From NCBI GenBank assembly GCA_016186495.1, contig JACPLO010000002.1, positions 6,857 through 70,856 of the forward strand: 64,000 bases of DNA, in the 5' to 3' direction. Below are positions 1 to 9,235 of the stretch, one piece after another. Positions within the stretch are counted from its first letter, which is position 1, and each line of letters starts with the position of its first letter. This stretch comes from Candidatus Niyogibacteria bacterium (GTDB lineage: Bacteria; Patescibacteriota; Minisyncoccia; JACROR01). The translations under genes were made by a program, and so were the position numbers. Under the pieces are notes generated by a model. That model was given only the letters and a program-made list of their open reading frames with translations. It was not told where the DNA came from and did not search any database.

Positions 1-545
1 CTTTTATTTCTAAAACCGCGGTTTCCAAGCTTCCTTATGGCACAGGAAGGAGTTTTAGTTTTTTAATCGTAATCTCCGTGGTTATTTTTATTATTTCTTT
101 GGGATTTTTGGCCGGGGCGTGGTTTTATCAGGGTGTTTTGGAAAACGATCTGCGGATTTTAAGCGGCGATTTAGATAAAATTAAAAAAGAATTTGATCTT
201 GTCTCTTTGGGAGATTTTTCCAAAATCGCCGATTCCATAGAAACAGCCAAGACGGTTTTAGGCGATCATAAAGCCGTTTCCCGCGTTTTTGATTTTTTGG
301 AGAAAAATACTTTGCCGGAAGTAAGGTTTTTAAATTTCAATTATGAATCCGCGGAACAGTCATCTTTGGCGTTCAGCGGAGAAGCTAAAGGGTTTTTGGT
401 TTTAGCCCAGCAAATTTTAATTTTGAAAAAAAATGAATTTTTGAAAAACATATCACTGTCCAATCTTTCTTTGAAAAAAGAAGGGCTGGTCGGTTTTACC
501 CTGACGATGATTTTAGATCCGAAATTAATAAAATACGGCCCGTAA
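1..545 (+). CDS. PilN-like type IV pilus assembly protein, 5' truncated by window edge
   Basis: Frame is open from position 3; TM segment then ferredoxin-like PilN domain; directly upstream of PilO-like gene. Confidence 0.65.
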   Translation, partial: FISKTAVSKLPYGTGRSFSFLIVISVVIFIISLGFLAGAWFYQGVLENDLRILSGDLDKIKKEFDLVSLGDFSKIADSIETAKTVLGDHKAVSRVFDFLEKNTLPEVRFLNFNYESAEQSSLAFSGEAKGFLVLAQQILILKKNEFLKNISLSNLSLKKEGLVGFTLTMILDPKLIKYGP

Positions 546-548
546 TTT

Positions 549-1097
549 ATGAAACAAATAATTATCGCCATTATTTTTATCGGAGCGGCCGGAGGAATTT
601 TTTTCGGCTGGAGCGTGCCGATTACCGAAAATATCAAAAATTTATCAAAAGATATTAAAGATTTAGAAGGTGTTTTAAGCCGTTTTTACGATTTAAGAAA
701 ATTCAAAAATGAATTGATGGGAGTCTATAATTCAATCAGCGCCCGGGATTATAATCGTATTCTTGAAATTGTTCCTTTAGCCGCCGGCGAAGGGAATTTA
801 GTGGTGGAATTTGGAAATTTAGCGAAGGAAAATAATCTTCTTCTTAAAAAAATTGACGTGAAATACGCCGTTGAAAGCGAAAAAAAGGCGGTGGTCATAA
901 AAGAAAAATTGCCTTATGAAACCGCGTCTATTTCTTTATCGCTGGACGGCTCTTATAATTCTTTAAAATCTTTTCTTTCCAAATTGGAAAATTCTTTGCG
1001 GATTATTGACATAAAAACGCTGTCTTTTAACGCCGGAGCAAATGATTCTTATGAGTTTAATATTTCGGCCCAAGCCTATTTTCAAGCGAGGGAATAA
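549..1097 (+). CDS. pilO: Type IV pilus assembly protein PilO
   Basis: N-terminal TM, coiled coil, GSYNSLKSFLSKLENSLRIIDI PilO-type motif; operon context. Confidence 0.8.
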   Translation: MKQIIIAIIFIGAAGGIFFGWSVPITENIKNLSKDIKDLEGVLSRFYDLRKFKNELMGVYNSISARDYNRILEIVPLAAGEGNLVVEFGNLAKENNLLLKKIDVKYAVESEKKAVVIKEKLPYETASISLSLDGSYNSLKSFLSKLENSLRIIDIKTLSFNAGANDSYEFNISAQAYFQARE

Positions 1098-1115
1098 AAT
1101 GAAAATATTAATTTT

Positions 1116-1415
1116 ATGAAAAATAATATTTTAATAACAATTTTAGCCATTGGAGCGTTGGCAGCCGCCGGCTTTTGGTATTTTAATTTTTTTTCTTCCG
1201 GCCAGGCCGAAGTCGTGGAAAAAGTTTTATCGGCAAATGAATTATCGGGTGAACCGAGGGAATTGCTCAACGCATTGGCAAAAATGCAGAAAATAAAGAT
1301 AAATACCGCTTTTTTTGAGAATCCTCTCTATCTTGGATTGATTGATTTGTCGCCGACTATTGAAATTCCGGAAATGAAAGGGAGAAAAAATCCTTTTTTA
1401 CCGATCGGAGATTAA
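1116..1415 (+). CDS. Small membrane-anchored pilus-associated protein (PilP-like position)
   Basis: N-terminal TM, C-terminal GRKNPF motif; lies between pilO and pilB. Confidence 0.55.
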   Translation: MKNNILITILAIGALAAAGFWYFNFFSSGQAEVVEKVLSANELSGEPRELLNALAKMQKIKINTAFFENPLYLGLIDLSPTIEIPEMKGRKNPFLPIGD

Positions 1416-1476
1416 AATTAAAATCCTAAATTCAATAAAAATTAGAAATTGAAAATTGAAATAGAATTTCGCTTAT

Positions 1477-3186
1477 ATGGATATTCGATTTGCTGACCTT
1501 CTCGTGGAGAAAAATATAATCTCCGGAGAAGAATTAAATAAAATAAAACAAGAAGCGGCTTCCCGAAGCGTTCCTTTAGAGGATATTCTTTTGGAAAAAA
1601 AAATACCGGAGATTGAAATTTTAAAATCTAAAAGCGAAATTTTGGGAGCGCCGATCATATCTTTAAAAAAAGGTAAAATTCCTTTTGATGTTTTAAAATT
1701 AGTGCCGGAAGAATCCGCCAAACATTATCGGTTTATTCCTTTTGCCGTCAGCGAAGGCGTTTTAGAAGTGGGAATGGTGGATCCGAATGACATCATCGCC
1801 CGGGAAGCTTTGAATTTTATTTCCGCCAAGATTAATATGCCGTATAAGATTTTTTTAATCAGCAAATCTGATTTTACGGCGGTGTTTGAAGATTATAAAA
1901 GTTTGGGCGGCGAAGTAACCCAGGCGTTGGGAGAATTGGAAAGTATGCTGATAGAAGCGGAAAAATCAATGCCGAAAGAGGCGGAAAAGGTTTTGGAATT
2001 CGTTGAAGAAACGCCGGTTATTAAAGTGGTGGCGGTGATGCTCCGCCATGCCGCGGAAGGAAACGCTTCTGATATCCACATTGAACCCCAGCGCGATCAT
2101 TTAAGAATAAGATTCAGAGTGGACGGCATTCTTCATACAAGTTTAGTTTTACCTCTTAAGGTTCATGAGGCGATCGTTTCCCGCATTAAAATTTTAACCA
2201 ATATGCAGCTTGACGAGAAACGGAAGCCGCAAGACGGCCGGTTTTCCGCCAGTATTGAGAAAAGGCAAATTGATTTTAGAGTTTCCACTTTCCCCACTTT
2301 TTTCGGAGAAAAAGTCGTTATCAGGATTTTGGATGTTGAAAAAGGAATAAAAACGCTTGAGGAAGCCGGATTTTCAGGAAATAATCTGGCAGAAATTAAA
2401 AAGGCGCTTGATCGCCCTTACGGATTGATTTTAATTACCGGTCCGACCGGTTCGGGTAAAACCACCACGCTTTACGCGATGCTTCAGATTTTAAATGAAG
2501 AGGGAAGTAATGTGGTAAGTTTGGAAGATCCGGTGGAATATAACGTGGAAGGAGTCAATCAATCCCAAGTAAAGCCGGAGATCAGTTATAATTTTGCCAA
2601 TGGCTTGCGTTCAATTTTACGCCAAGATCCGGATGTGATTATGGTGGGCGAAATAAGAGATAAAGAGACAGCCCAGCTGGCTATTCATGCGGCTTTAACC
2701 GGCCATTTGGTTCTTTCCACTTTGCATACCAATTCGGCCACGGGCGTGATTCCTCGTTTGATTGATATGGGCGTTGATTCTTATTTAATCGCTCCTACTC
2801 TTGTTTTAGCGATGGCTCAAAGGTTATCCAGAACTCTCTGTCCGGAATCGCGGAAAGAAATTCCGGCTGCCGGAAAAATAAAAGAAATTCTGGAAAAAGA
2901 AATGGCGGAAATTCCTTTGGAAATTAAGAAGAGCATAAAAATACCTTCAAAAATTTATCAAGCAATGCCTTCTGCTTCTTGCCCTAAAGGCACGAAGGGA
3001 CGCATCGCGATCAGCGAAGTTATCGCGATGACGCCGGCGCTGGAAAAAGCCATTCTTTCTGACCCGACTGAACCTAATATTATGAAAGCGGCGCGCCAGC
3101 AGGGAATGATTAAAATGCGCGAAGACGGAATTTTAAAGGTTTTGGAAGGAAAAATCGGGCTTGAAGAATTAACGGAAATTATTTAA
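1477..3186 (+). CDS. pilB: Type IV pilus assembly ATPase PilB/GspE
   Basis: ASDIHIEP, Walker A GPTGSGKTTT, LRQDPDVIMVGEIRD, GHLVLSTLHTN. Confidence 0.95.
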   Translation: MDIRFADLLVEKNIISGEELNKIKQEAASRSVPLEDILLEKKIPEIEILKSKSEILGAPIISLKKGKIPFDVLKLVPEESAKHYRFIPFAVSEGVLEVGMVDPNDIIAREALNFISAKINMPYKIFLISKSDFTAVFEDYKSLGGEVTQALGELESMLIEAEKSMPKEAEKVLEFVEETPVIKVVAVMLRHAAEGNASDIHIEPQRDHLRIRFRVDGILHTSLVLPLKVHEAIVSRIKILTNMQLDEKRKPQDGRFSASIEKRQIDFRVSTFPTFFGEKVVIRILDVEKGIKTLEEAGFSGNNLAEIKKALDRPYGLILITGPTGSGKTTTLYAMLQILNEEGSNVVSLEDPVEYNVEGVNQSQVKPEISYNFANGLRSILRQDPDVIMVGEIRDKETAQLAIHAALTGHLVLSTLHTNSATGVIPRLIDMGVDSYLIAPTLVLAMAQRLSRTLCPESRKEIPAAGKIKEILEKEMAEIPLEIKKSIKIPSKIYQAMPSASCPKGTKGRIAISEVIAMTPALEKAILSDPTEPNIMKAARQQGMIKMREDGILKVLEGKIGLEELTEII

Positions 3187-3190
3187 AAAT

Positions 3191-3637
3191 ATGAAAATAA
3201 GAAAAAAATTAGGGTTTACGATTTTGGAAATTTTGGTTGTTTTGGCGATCGGCGCTTTAATTCTTTCTTTTGTTTTTTGGGGCTATCGCGATCTTAAAGC
3301 CAAAAGCCGCGATTCCAGAAGAGAACATGATATTAAAGAAATTCAAAATTCCCTTGTTCTTTACGTGAATGAGGCCGGTGTTTTTCCTTGTACTGGAGAA
3401 GGAGAAATAATTATCGGCGTTAATTCTTGTTTAAAAGACGCGCTTTTGGGAATCGGCGTTATTCCCGCTTTACCCATTGATCCTTTAGGAGGCGCCAGCG
3501 GCAGTTGCGGCAATCCTGCTTCTTACGTTTATTGTTATCAATCTTTGGAAAATGGCTTTAATTATCAAATAAGATATAATTTAGAGACCGACAGCATTTT
3601 AGGCAAAGCAAAAGGCCTTCAAAGCGTATCGCCTTAA
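3191..3637 (+). CDS. Type IV pilin / pseudopilin (GspG-like)
   Basis: Prepilin motif G|FTILE, SRDSRREHDI. Confidence 0.85.
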   Translation: MKIRKKLGFTILEILVVLAIGALILSFVFWGYRDLKAKSRDSRREHDIKEIQNSLVLYVNEAGVFPCTGEGEIIIGVNSCLKDALLGIGVIPALPIDPLGGASGSCGNPASYVYCYQSLENGFNYQIRYNLETDSILGKAKGLQSVSP

Positions 3638-3673
3638 AATGCCCCAGAATAAAAATAAAAAATTTATTGGAAA

Positions 3674-4741
3674 ATGAAAGATTATCAAAAAGAATTAACG
3701 GAACTGATAATGATAATGGTTAAAGAGAGCGCTTCCGACCTCCATATTTCAGTGGGGCGCCATCCGACGATCAGAGTCGCCGGCGAGCTTATTCCGCTTG
3801 TTAAAAGGCCGGTGTTGACTCCGGAAGACACCGCGGGGCTGATTTTTACGATGCTTAATGAAAGCCGGCAAAAAGAACTTTTTGAAAAAAGAGAGATTGA
3901 TTTTTCCTATAATTTTCAAGATAAAGTAAGATTTCGGGTCAATGCTTTTTATCAGAAAGGTTTCTTGGGAATAGCTTTGCGGTTTATTTCTGTGGGAATT
4001 AAAGATGTTAAATCTCTTAATTTGCCGGAAACGCTTTTATCTTTTACCGGAAAAGGGCAGGGTTTTTTTCTGGCGGTCGGCCCGACCGGCCACGGCAAAT
4101 CCACGACTTTGGCCAGTATGATTGATGTCATTAATCATGAAAGAGCCGAGCATATTATCACGGTGGAAGACCCCATAGAATACATATTTATTCAGGACAA
4201 ATCAATCATTGACCAGCGTGAAGTCCAAAGTGACACTCATGATTTCAAGCGCGCTTTAAGGTCAATGTTCAGGGAAGACGTTAATGTGGCAATGATCGGC
4301 GAAATGCGCGATTACGAAACCATTTCCGCCGCGGTCACCGCCGCGGAAACCGGCCATCTTATTTTTTCTTCCCTCCACACCAATAATGCCGCTCAAACTA
4401 TTGATCGCATTCTTGATTCTTTTCCGCCCACCCAGCAAAATCAGATTCGTTCCCAGCTGGCCAGCACCATTATCGGAATTTTTTCCCAACGTTTGGTCCC
4501 GCGGGTTTCCGGCGGCCTTATTCCGGCTTACGAACTTTTGATCGCCAATCATGCTGTTCGAAATTTAATTCGGGAAAATAAAGTCCATGAAATTGATATG
4601 GTGATTGAAACCAGCTCTGATCTGGGAATGGTAAGTTTTAACCGTTCTTTGGTGGAATTGGTCAGGCAGGGAGAAATTACCATGGAAAACGCGCTGGCTT
4701 ATTCTTTGAATCCTTCCGGCTTGCAAGCGTTGTCAAAATAA
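3674..4741 (+). CDS. pilT: Pilus retraction ATPase PilT
   Basis: ASDLHISVG, GPTGHGKSTT, EDPIE, GEMRD, AVRNLIRE. Confidence 0.93.
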   Translation: MKDYQKELTELIMIMVKESASDLHISVGRHPTIRVAGELIPLVKRPVLTPEDTAGLIFTMLNESRQKELFEKREIDFSYNFQDKVRFRVNAFYQKGFLGIALRFISVGIKDVKSLNLPETLLSFTGKGQGFFLAVGPTGHGKSTTLASMIDVINHERAEHIITVEDPIEYIFIQDKSIIDQREVQSDTHDFKRALRSMFREDVNVAMIGEMRDYETISAAVTAAETGHLIFSSLHTNNAAQTIDRILDSFPPTQQNQIRSQLASTIIGIFSQRLVPRVSGGLIPAYELLIANHAVRNLIRENKVHEIDMVIETSSDLGMVSFNRSLVELVRQGEITMENALAYSLNPSGLQALSK

Positions 4742-4786
4742 TTTCAAAGCTTGGAGCGCTGCCATAAGAAAATGAATTTTACAACA
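4738..4786 (-). repeat. Partial inverted copy of the left arm of the family C element (12444-12646)
   Basis: ataatttcaaagcttggagcgctgccataagaaaatgaattttacaa matches the reverse complement of about 12452-12500 with few differences. Confidence 0.8.
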
Positions 4787-4798
4787 TTAGTATAAATT

Positions 4799-6007
4799 AT
4801 GCTTTTTAATTATCAAGCCCGCACTCCGCAAGGGGAAATAAAATCAGGCAATATTGACGCCGCTTCCACGGAAGGCGCTCTCGCTTCTCTTCAACGCCGA
4901 AATCTTATCGTGATTTCTTTGGAGTCGGTTGAAAAATCAACGCCTTGGTATAAAAGAGGCATTACTTTGTTTGAACGCGTTAAGATGCGCGATGTGGTTA
5001 TTATTTCCCGCCAGCTTTCCACGCTTTTTGAAGCCAAGGTGCCGGTGGTGGAATCTTTAAAAGTTCTTGTTTCTGAAACCGCCAGTCCGGTTTTAAAGAA
5101 ACGTTTAGCCGCGATTTTGGAAGACATTGAAAGCGGCACTTCTATTTCCGAAGCTTTAGGCAAGTATCCTGAAATTTTTTCAAAATTTTACGTTAATATG
5201 GTTAAATCCGGAGAAGAATCCGGAAAACTAAACGAGGTTTTTTCTTATTTAGCCGATTATCTGGAACGTTCATATGATTTGACCGTTAAAGCCAGAAACG
5301 CTTTTATTTATCCGGCTTTCGTTTTAACGGTTTTTACGGTCGTGATGATTTTAATGTTGGTTATGGTGATTCCGCGGCTTTCAACTATTCTGACCGAAAC
5401 CGGCCAATCCCTTCCTTTTTACACAAAAATTATTATCGCTTTCAGCAATTTTTTAAGAAATTTCGGCATTTTACTTTTAGTTTTTTTGGCAATCGGCGTT
5501 ATTTTTCTCTGGCGCTATCTTCAGACCGGCGCGGGTAAAATGGCTTTTTCCCGTTTTCAACTGTCTATTCCGATTGCCGGTGAGCTTTATAAAAAATTTT
5601 ATTTGGCAAGAATAGCCGATAATCTGCAAACTCTTTTGGCGAGCGGGGTTCCCGTGGTGCGCGCTTTGGAAATTACTTCCGATGTGGTGGGCAACGAAGT
5701 TTACGCGGAAATTTTAAAAGAAACTATTTCTATGGTTAAATCCGGCAGTCCGATTTCCGAGGCGTTTTCTCGTTATGAAGAAGTTCCTTTATTGATTTCC
5801 CAATCCGTAAAAATCGGCGAAGAAACCGGCAAGCTGGATTTTATTTTAAGCACAATGGCGCGTTTTTACCGCCGGGAAGTGGATAATGCTGTAGATAATA
5901 TCGTCAGTTTAATTGAGCCGGTGATGATCGTGCTTTTAGGTTTGGGAGTCGGCGTTTTGGTGGCTGCGATTCTTGTTCCAATTTATAACATTTCAACGGG
6001 ATTCTAA
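4799..6007 (+). CDS. pilC: Type IV pilus platform protein PilC/GspF
   Basis: Two GspF repeats: SRQLSTLFEAKVP, GEESGKL, GEETGKLD, LIEPVMI. Confidence 0.95.
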   Translation: MLFNYQARTPQGEIKSGNIDAASTEGALASLQRRNLIVISLESVEKSTPWYKRGITLFERVKMRDVVIISRQLSTLFEAKVPVVESLKVLVSETASPVLKKRLAAILEDIESGTSISEALGKYPEIFSKFYVNMVKSGEESGKLNEVFSYLADYLERSYDLTVKARNAFIYPAFVLTVFTVVMILMLVMVIPRLSTILTETGQSLPFYTKIIIAFSNFLRNFGILLLVFLAIGVIFLWRYLQTGAGKMAFSRFQLSIPIAGELYKKFYLARIADNLQTLLASGVPVVRALEITSDVVGNEVYAEILKETISMVKSGSPISEAFSRYEEVPLLISQSVKIGEETGKLDFILSTMARFYRREVDNAVDNIVSLIEPVMIVLLGLGVGVLVAAILVPIYNISTGF

Positions 6008-6052
6008 ATAATTTTCAATTTTCATTGAATTTACAATTTAATAATTTACAAA

Positions 6053-6065
6053 CTAACGGGATAAA
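6053..6065. repeat. Orphan right arm of family A element
   Basis: ctaacggga followed by TAAA; no left arm seen nearby. Confidence 0.5.
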
Positions 6066-6123
6066 TGAGATAATTAATGAAATAAGGTCGATAAAATAAA
6101 AATAATAAAATATACACGCAGAT

Positions 6124-6618
6124 ATGTTTTTAAGAAAAAATAAAGGTTTTACGTTGATTGAGCTTTTAGTGGTGATTGCCATTATCGGCATTTTGGCTTC
6201 GGTGGTGCTCGCTTCCTTGAATAGCGCGCGCAAGAAAGGCCGCGACGCCCGCCGGGTGGCGGATATCAAACAAATTCAGCTTGCTTTAGAGTTGTATTTT
6301 GACGCCAATAAGGAGTATCCGGACGCTCTTAGCGGAAAATTAAATCCCACTTATTTGCCGGCCGTGCCTGATGATCCTTTGAGTGGCGCTTATTTTTATG
6401 ACGCTTACACTACTTCCACCAATCCTCCGGTGGCGGGAGACGATTGCACGGAAGCCAGCGAGATGTGCCTTTCTTATCATTTAGGCGCTGATCTTGAAGA
6501 AAATACCAATCCGGCTTTAAACGCGGATATGGATGCGGACGGAAATACGATTGACGGGCCGGATGCGGATGGATGCGCTGATGCGGCCGGACGTTATTGC
6601 TATGATGTTAGGCCATAA
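6124..6618 (+). CDS. Type IV pilin, probable major pilin
   Basis: KG|FTLIELLVVIAIIGILASVV; own terminator downstream; C-terminal Cys pairs. Confidence 0.9.
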   Translation: MFLRKNKGFTLIELLVVIAIIGILASVVLASLNSARKKGRDARRVADIKQIQLALELYFDANKEYPDALSGKLNPTYLPAVPDDPLSGAYFYDAYTTSTNPPVAGDDCTEASEMCLSYHLGADLEENTNPALNADMDADGNTIDGPDADGCADAAGRYCYDVRP

Positions 6619-6641
6619 TTATTCTGATTTTCAGGTATTTT

Positions 6642-6678
6642 AAACCTCTCCCTCTGGTTAGCCGGAAGGGGAGGTTTT
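6642..6678 (+). terminator. Probable intrinsic terminator after pilin
   Basis: aaacctctccctctgg tta gccggaaggggaggtttt imperfect GC hairpin plus T run. Confidence 0.65.
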
Positions 6679-6717
6679 ATGTTTTGTATTTGGCGGATAA
6701 CAAGTTATTATTTAATT

Positions 6718-7491
6718 ATGGCGGGGATTTTAATTTTTATTTTAGGACTAATCATGGGCAGTTTTCTAAATGTGGTCATCTTTCGGCTGAATACCGGAGA
6801 ATCCGTTGCGAAGGGGCGTTCCCGATGTTTTGCCTGCGGCGCGGAGCTGAAGTGGTTTGAACTTATTCCGATTTTTAGTTTTTTGGTTCAAGCCGGCCGC
6901 TGTCGGGCCTGCCAAAGCAGAATATCTCGGCAATATCCGGCCGTGGAGCTGGCCGTGGCTTTGATTTTTTACGCTTTATATTTAAAATGGCTGGTAATTT
7001 GGCCGCCGAATATTCCGGTGTTTATCTGGTGGCTGGTTTTCTGGTCAATTTTTTTGACGCTGGCGGTTTATGATTTTCATCATAAAATTTTGCCTGATAT
7101 TTTAGTTTATCCTTTAGGAATTATCGCGGTTTTGGGCGGAGCGGTTTTTTTTAAAAAAGATTTTTGGCCGGCTTTGGCGATCGGCGTTTTATTTTTCTTG
7201 TTTTTTGCCGGCCTTTGGCTGGTTTCCAGAGGAAAATGGATGGGGCTGGGGGATGCTAAATTATTTTTCAGCGTCGGCGTTTTTTTAGGCTGGCCTTTGG
7301 CGCTGGTGGCGATGTTTTTTTCTTTTTGGCTTGGCGCTATAATAAGCGGTATCATAGTTATTTTAAAAAGGTCGTTAAATTTAAAAAGCGAGATCCCTTT
7401 CGGCCCTTTTATTTTTTTGGGAGCAATAATTGCTTTTTTCTGGGGGGATCTTGTATTTTCTTGGTATTTAAAAATAATTTTTAACGTATGA
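6718..7491 (+). CDS. pilD: Prepilin peptidase PilD
   Basis: GSFLNVVIFR, two CxxC motifs, MGLGDAKL, IPFGPF; start moved to ATG 6718. Confidence 0.92.
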   Translation: MAGILIFILGLIMGSFLNVVIFRLNTGESVAKGRSRCFACGAELKWFELIPIFSFLVQAGRCRACQSRISRQYPAVELAVALIFYALYLKWLVIWPPNIPVFIWWLVFWSIFLTLAVYDFHHKILPDILVYPLGIIAVLGGAVFFKKDFWPALAIGVLFFLFFAGLWLVSRGKWMGLGDAKLFFSVGVFLGWPLALVAMFFSFWLGAIISGIIVILKRSLNLKSEIPFGPFIFLGAIIAFFWGDLVFSWYLKIIFNV

Positions 7492-7492
7492 A

Positions 7493-7570
7493 CCCCGTTA
7501 GAAATCTTCATAAATAAGGTTTCAAGCGGGGAAATGATTATGCAAAACAAAAAACAAATTTCTAACGGAG
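7493..7570. mobile_element. Family A palindromic element, 78 bp, flanked by TGAA
   Basis: TGAA ccccgttagaaat ... atttctaacggag TGAA. Confidence 0.85.
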
Positions 7571-7995
7571 TGAATATAAACATAAAAAAAGCTTTTCTCC
7601 AGATTTTTATCGGCGCGATAATTATCGGCGGATTGTTTTTTGTCGGCTTATCGCCGCGAGGCCAGAAATTTTCTTCAAATCCGGATAGCGTTAAGAACGG
7701 AGAAAAAAAATATTTTTTAACGCTTAATTACGGCAACGGAAAAATAAGAAAATTCAGCAGCGAAATGGCGGAGGAAAAGACCAGGGCGTGGAATCTGCTC
7801 CAGCTAGCCTCGGCCCAATCGGCGGTGTCAGTGGAAATTGAAGATGGATTTCTTCCCCGTTCCATTGATGGATTTAAAAACACCGATCAAAACAAATGGG
7901 TTTTATTCGTGAACGGAGCAAGGCAAACAAACGGCCCTTTTGAGGTGTTTGTCAAAAAGGGAGATTTGGTGGAGTTTAAGTATGAAAAACAATAA
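7534..7995 (+). CDS. DUF4430-like membrane-anchored protein (start may be GTG 7570)
   Basis: TM then SIDGFKN...WVLFVNG...VKKGDLVEFKY; first residues are encoded by the element. Confidence 0.65.
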   Translation: MIMQNKKQISNGVNINIKKAFLQIFIGAIIIGGLFFVGLSPRGQKFSSNPDSVKNGEKKYFLTLNYGNGKIRKFSSEMAEEKTRAWNLLQLASAQSAVSVEIEDGFLPRSIDGFKNTDQNKWVLFVNGARQTNGPFEVFVKKGDLVEFKYEKQ

Positions 7996-8626
7996 AATAA
8001 ATTTTTTAAGGAGATTTACCCCATTAAATAGTTGCAAAGCAAATTTAACGGGGTTTACGGTTGTTGAAGTGTTGATTACCATGGGAGTTTTTGCGTTAGT
8101 TAGTTCAATGGTTTTGGCGAATTATCCCAAATTTTCCGAGCGGCTGACTCTGGAACAAACCGCTCAAAAAATCGCTTTATCTTTCCGGGAGGCAAAAATC
8201 CTCTCTTTAACGGTCGGAGAATCTGAAATTGGAACGCGAATTTTTCCCGGTTACGGCGTGCATTTTGACGCCGGTGAAAGCGGAAATAATAAAAGATATT
8301 TGATTTTTTCCGATCTTAACGCCGATAAAAAATATGCGGAGCCGGACGACGGAGAAAAAGATATTTTTGGAATCCAAAGCTCCGCTTTTATTTCAGGAGC
8401 TTGTTTCGGGGAAGAAGACGCCGGCAGTTTAAGCGAATGCCAAAGTTATAATCAAACGAAAATTTTAGATATAGTTTTTACTAGGCCAAAACCCAGCATT
8501 GATTTTTATGACGGCGAAAGAAGCCAGTGGCGAGGTGAGCAGAATGTCGGCATTTTTATCGTTAATCCCGAAGGCGATATTAAAAAAATAATTATCTGGA
8601 AAACCGGGCAGATAATGGTTGAATGA
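7982..8626 (+). CDS. Minor pilin (FimT/GspH-like)
   Basis: G|FTVVE prepilin motif, GYGVHF; start ATG 7982. Confidence 0.8.
   Translation: MKNNKINFLRRFTPLNSCKANLTGFTVVEVLITMGVFALVSSMVLANYPKFSERLTLEQTAQKIALSFREAKILSLTVGESEIGTRIFPGYGVHFDAGESGNNKRYLIFSDLNADKKYAEPDDGEKDIFGIQSSAFISGACFGEEDAGSLSECQSYNQTKILDIVFTRPKPSIDFYDGERSQWRGEQNVGIFIVNPEGDIKKIIIWKTGQIMVE
8019..8053. mobile_element. Family A element, 35 bp, flanked by TTTA, in frame in pilin leader
   Basis: TTTA ccccattaaat agttgcaaagcaa atttaacgggg TTTA; 39 nt net. Confidence 0.85.
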
Positions 8627-8640
8627 GATTTTATAATTAA

Positions 8641-8688
8641 TTCAAAAGTCAAAATGCAAAATTCAAAATTTCAATTCAAAATTCAAAA
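8641..8688. repeat. Degenerate heptamer tandem repeat (TTCAAAA)n
   Basis: ttcaaaa gtcaaaa tgcaaaa ttcaaaa tttcaa ttcaaaa ttcaaaa. Confidence 0.75.
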
Positions 8689-8710
8689 GTTTTATTTTTA
8701 ATTTTCAAAT

Positions 8711-9229
8711 ATGGCTTATCCAAAATCCGGCAAAGGTTTCAGCTTATTAGAGACGCTTGTGGCTTTGGCGATTTTAAATGCCGCGATTTTAGGGCCAATC
8801 AGTCTGGCTTATGTCAGCATCCGTTCAGCCAGTTTGTCTCATAACATCACGATTGCCGCTTTTTTAGCCGAGGAAGGAGTGGAATTGGCGCGCAGTCAGC
8901 GCGAAAAAAATATTTACAGCGGCAATGATTGGCTTAATAGCCTTGCCGGTTGCGCGGTTGGCAGTCCTTGCCGAATCGCGACTGCCGCGGACGGCGAAAT
9001 CAGCGTTGTTTCTTGCGGCGGATCATGCGCGCCCCTTAATTATGATTCAGATATCGGTCTCTACTGGTATGAGAGCGGAAATGCTTCAATTTTTACCAGA
9101 AGTTTTACGGTTGAGGAAATAAAAGAAAACAAAGAAGCAAAAGTGACGATGACGGTCAGTTGGAAAGAACGTTTTTTAAGCGGCAATCAAAATATTCAGT
9201 TAGAAAGCCATCTTTCCAATTGGCATTAG
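8711..9229 (+). CDS. Minor pilin (PilV-like)
   Basis: G|FSLLETLVAL, AAFLAEEGVELAR. Confidence 0.8.
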   Translation: MAYPKSGKGFSLLETLVALAILNAAILGPISLAYVSIRSASLSHNITIAAFLAEEGVELARSQREKNIYSGNDWLNSLAGCAVGSPCRIATAADGEISVVSCGGSCAPLNYDSDIGLYWYESGNASIFTRSFTVEEIKENKEAKVTMTVSWKERFLSGNQNIQLESHLSNWH

Positions 9230-9235
9230 AAATTT

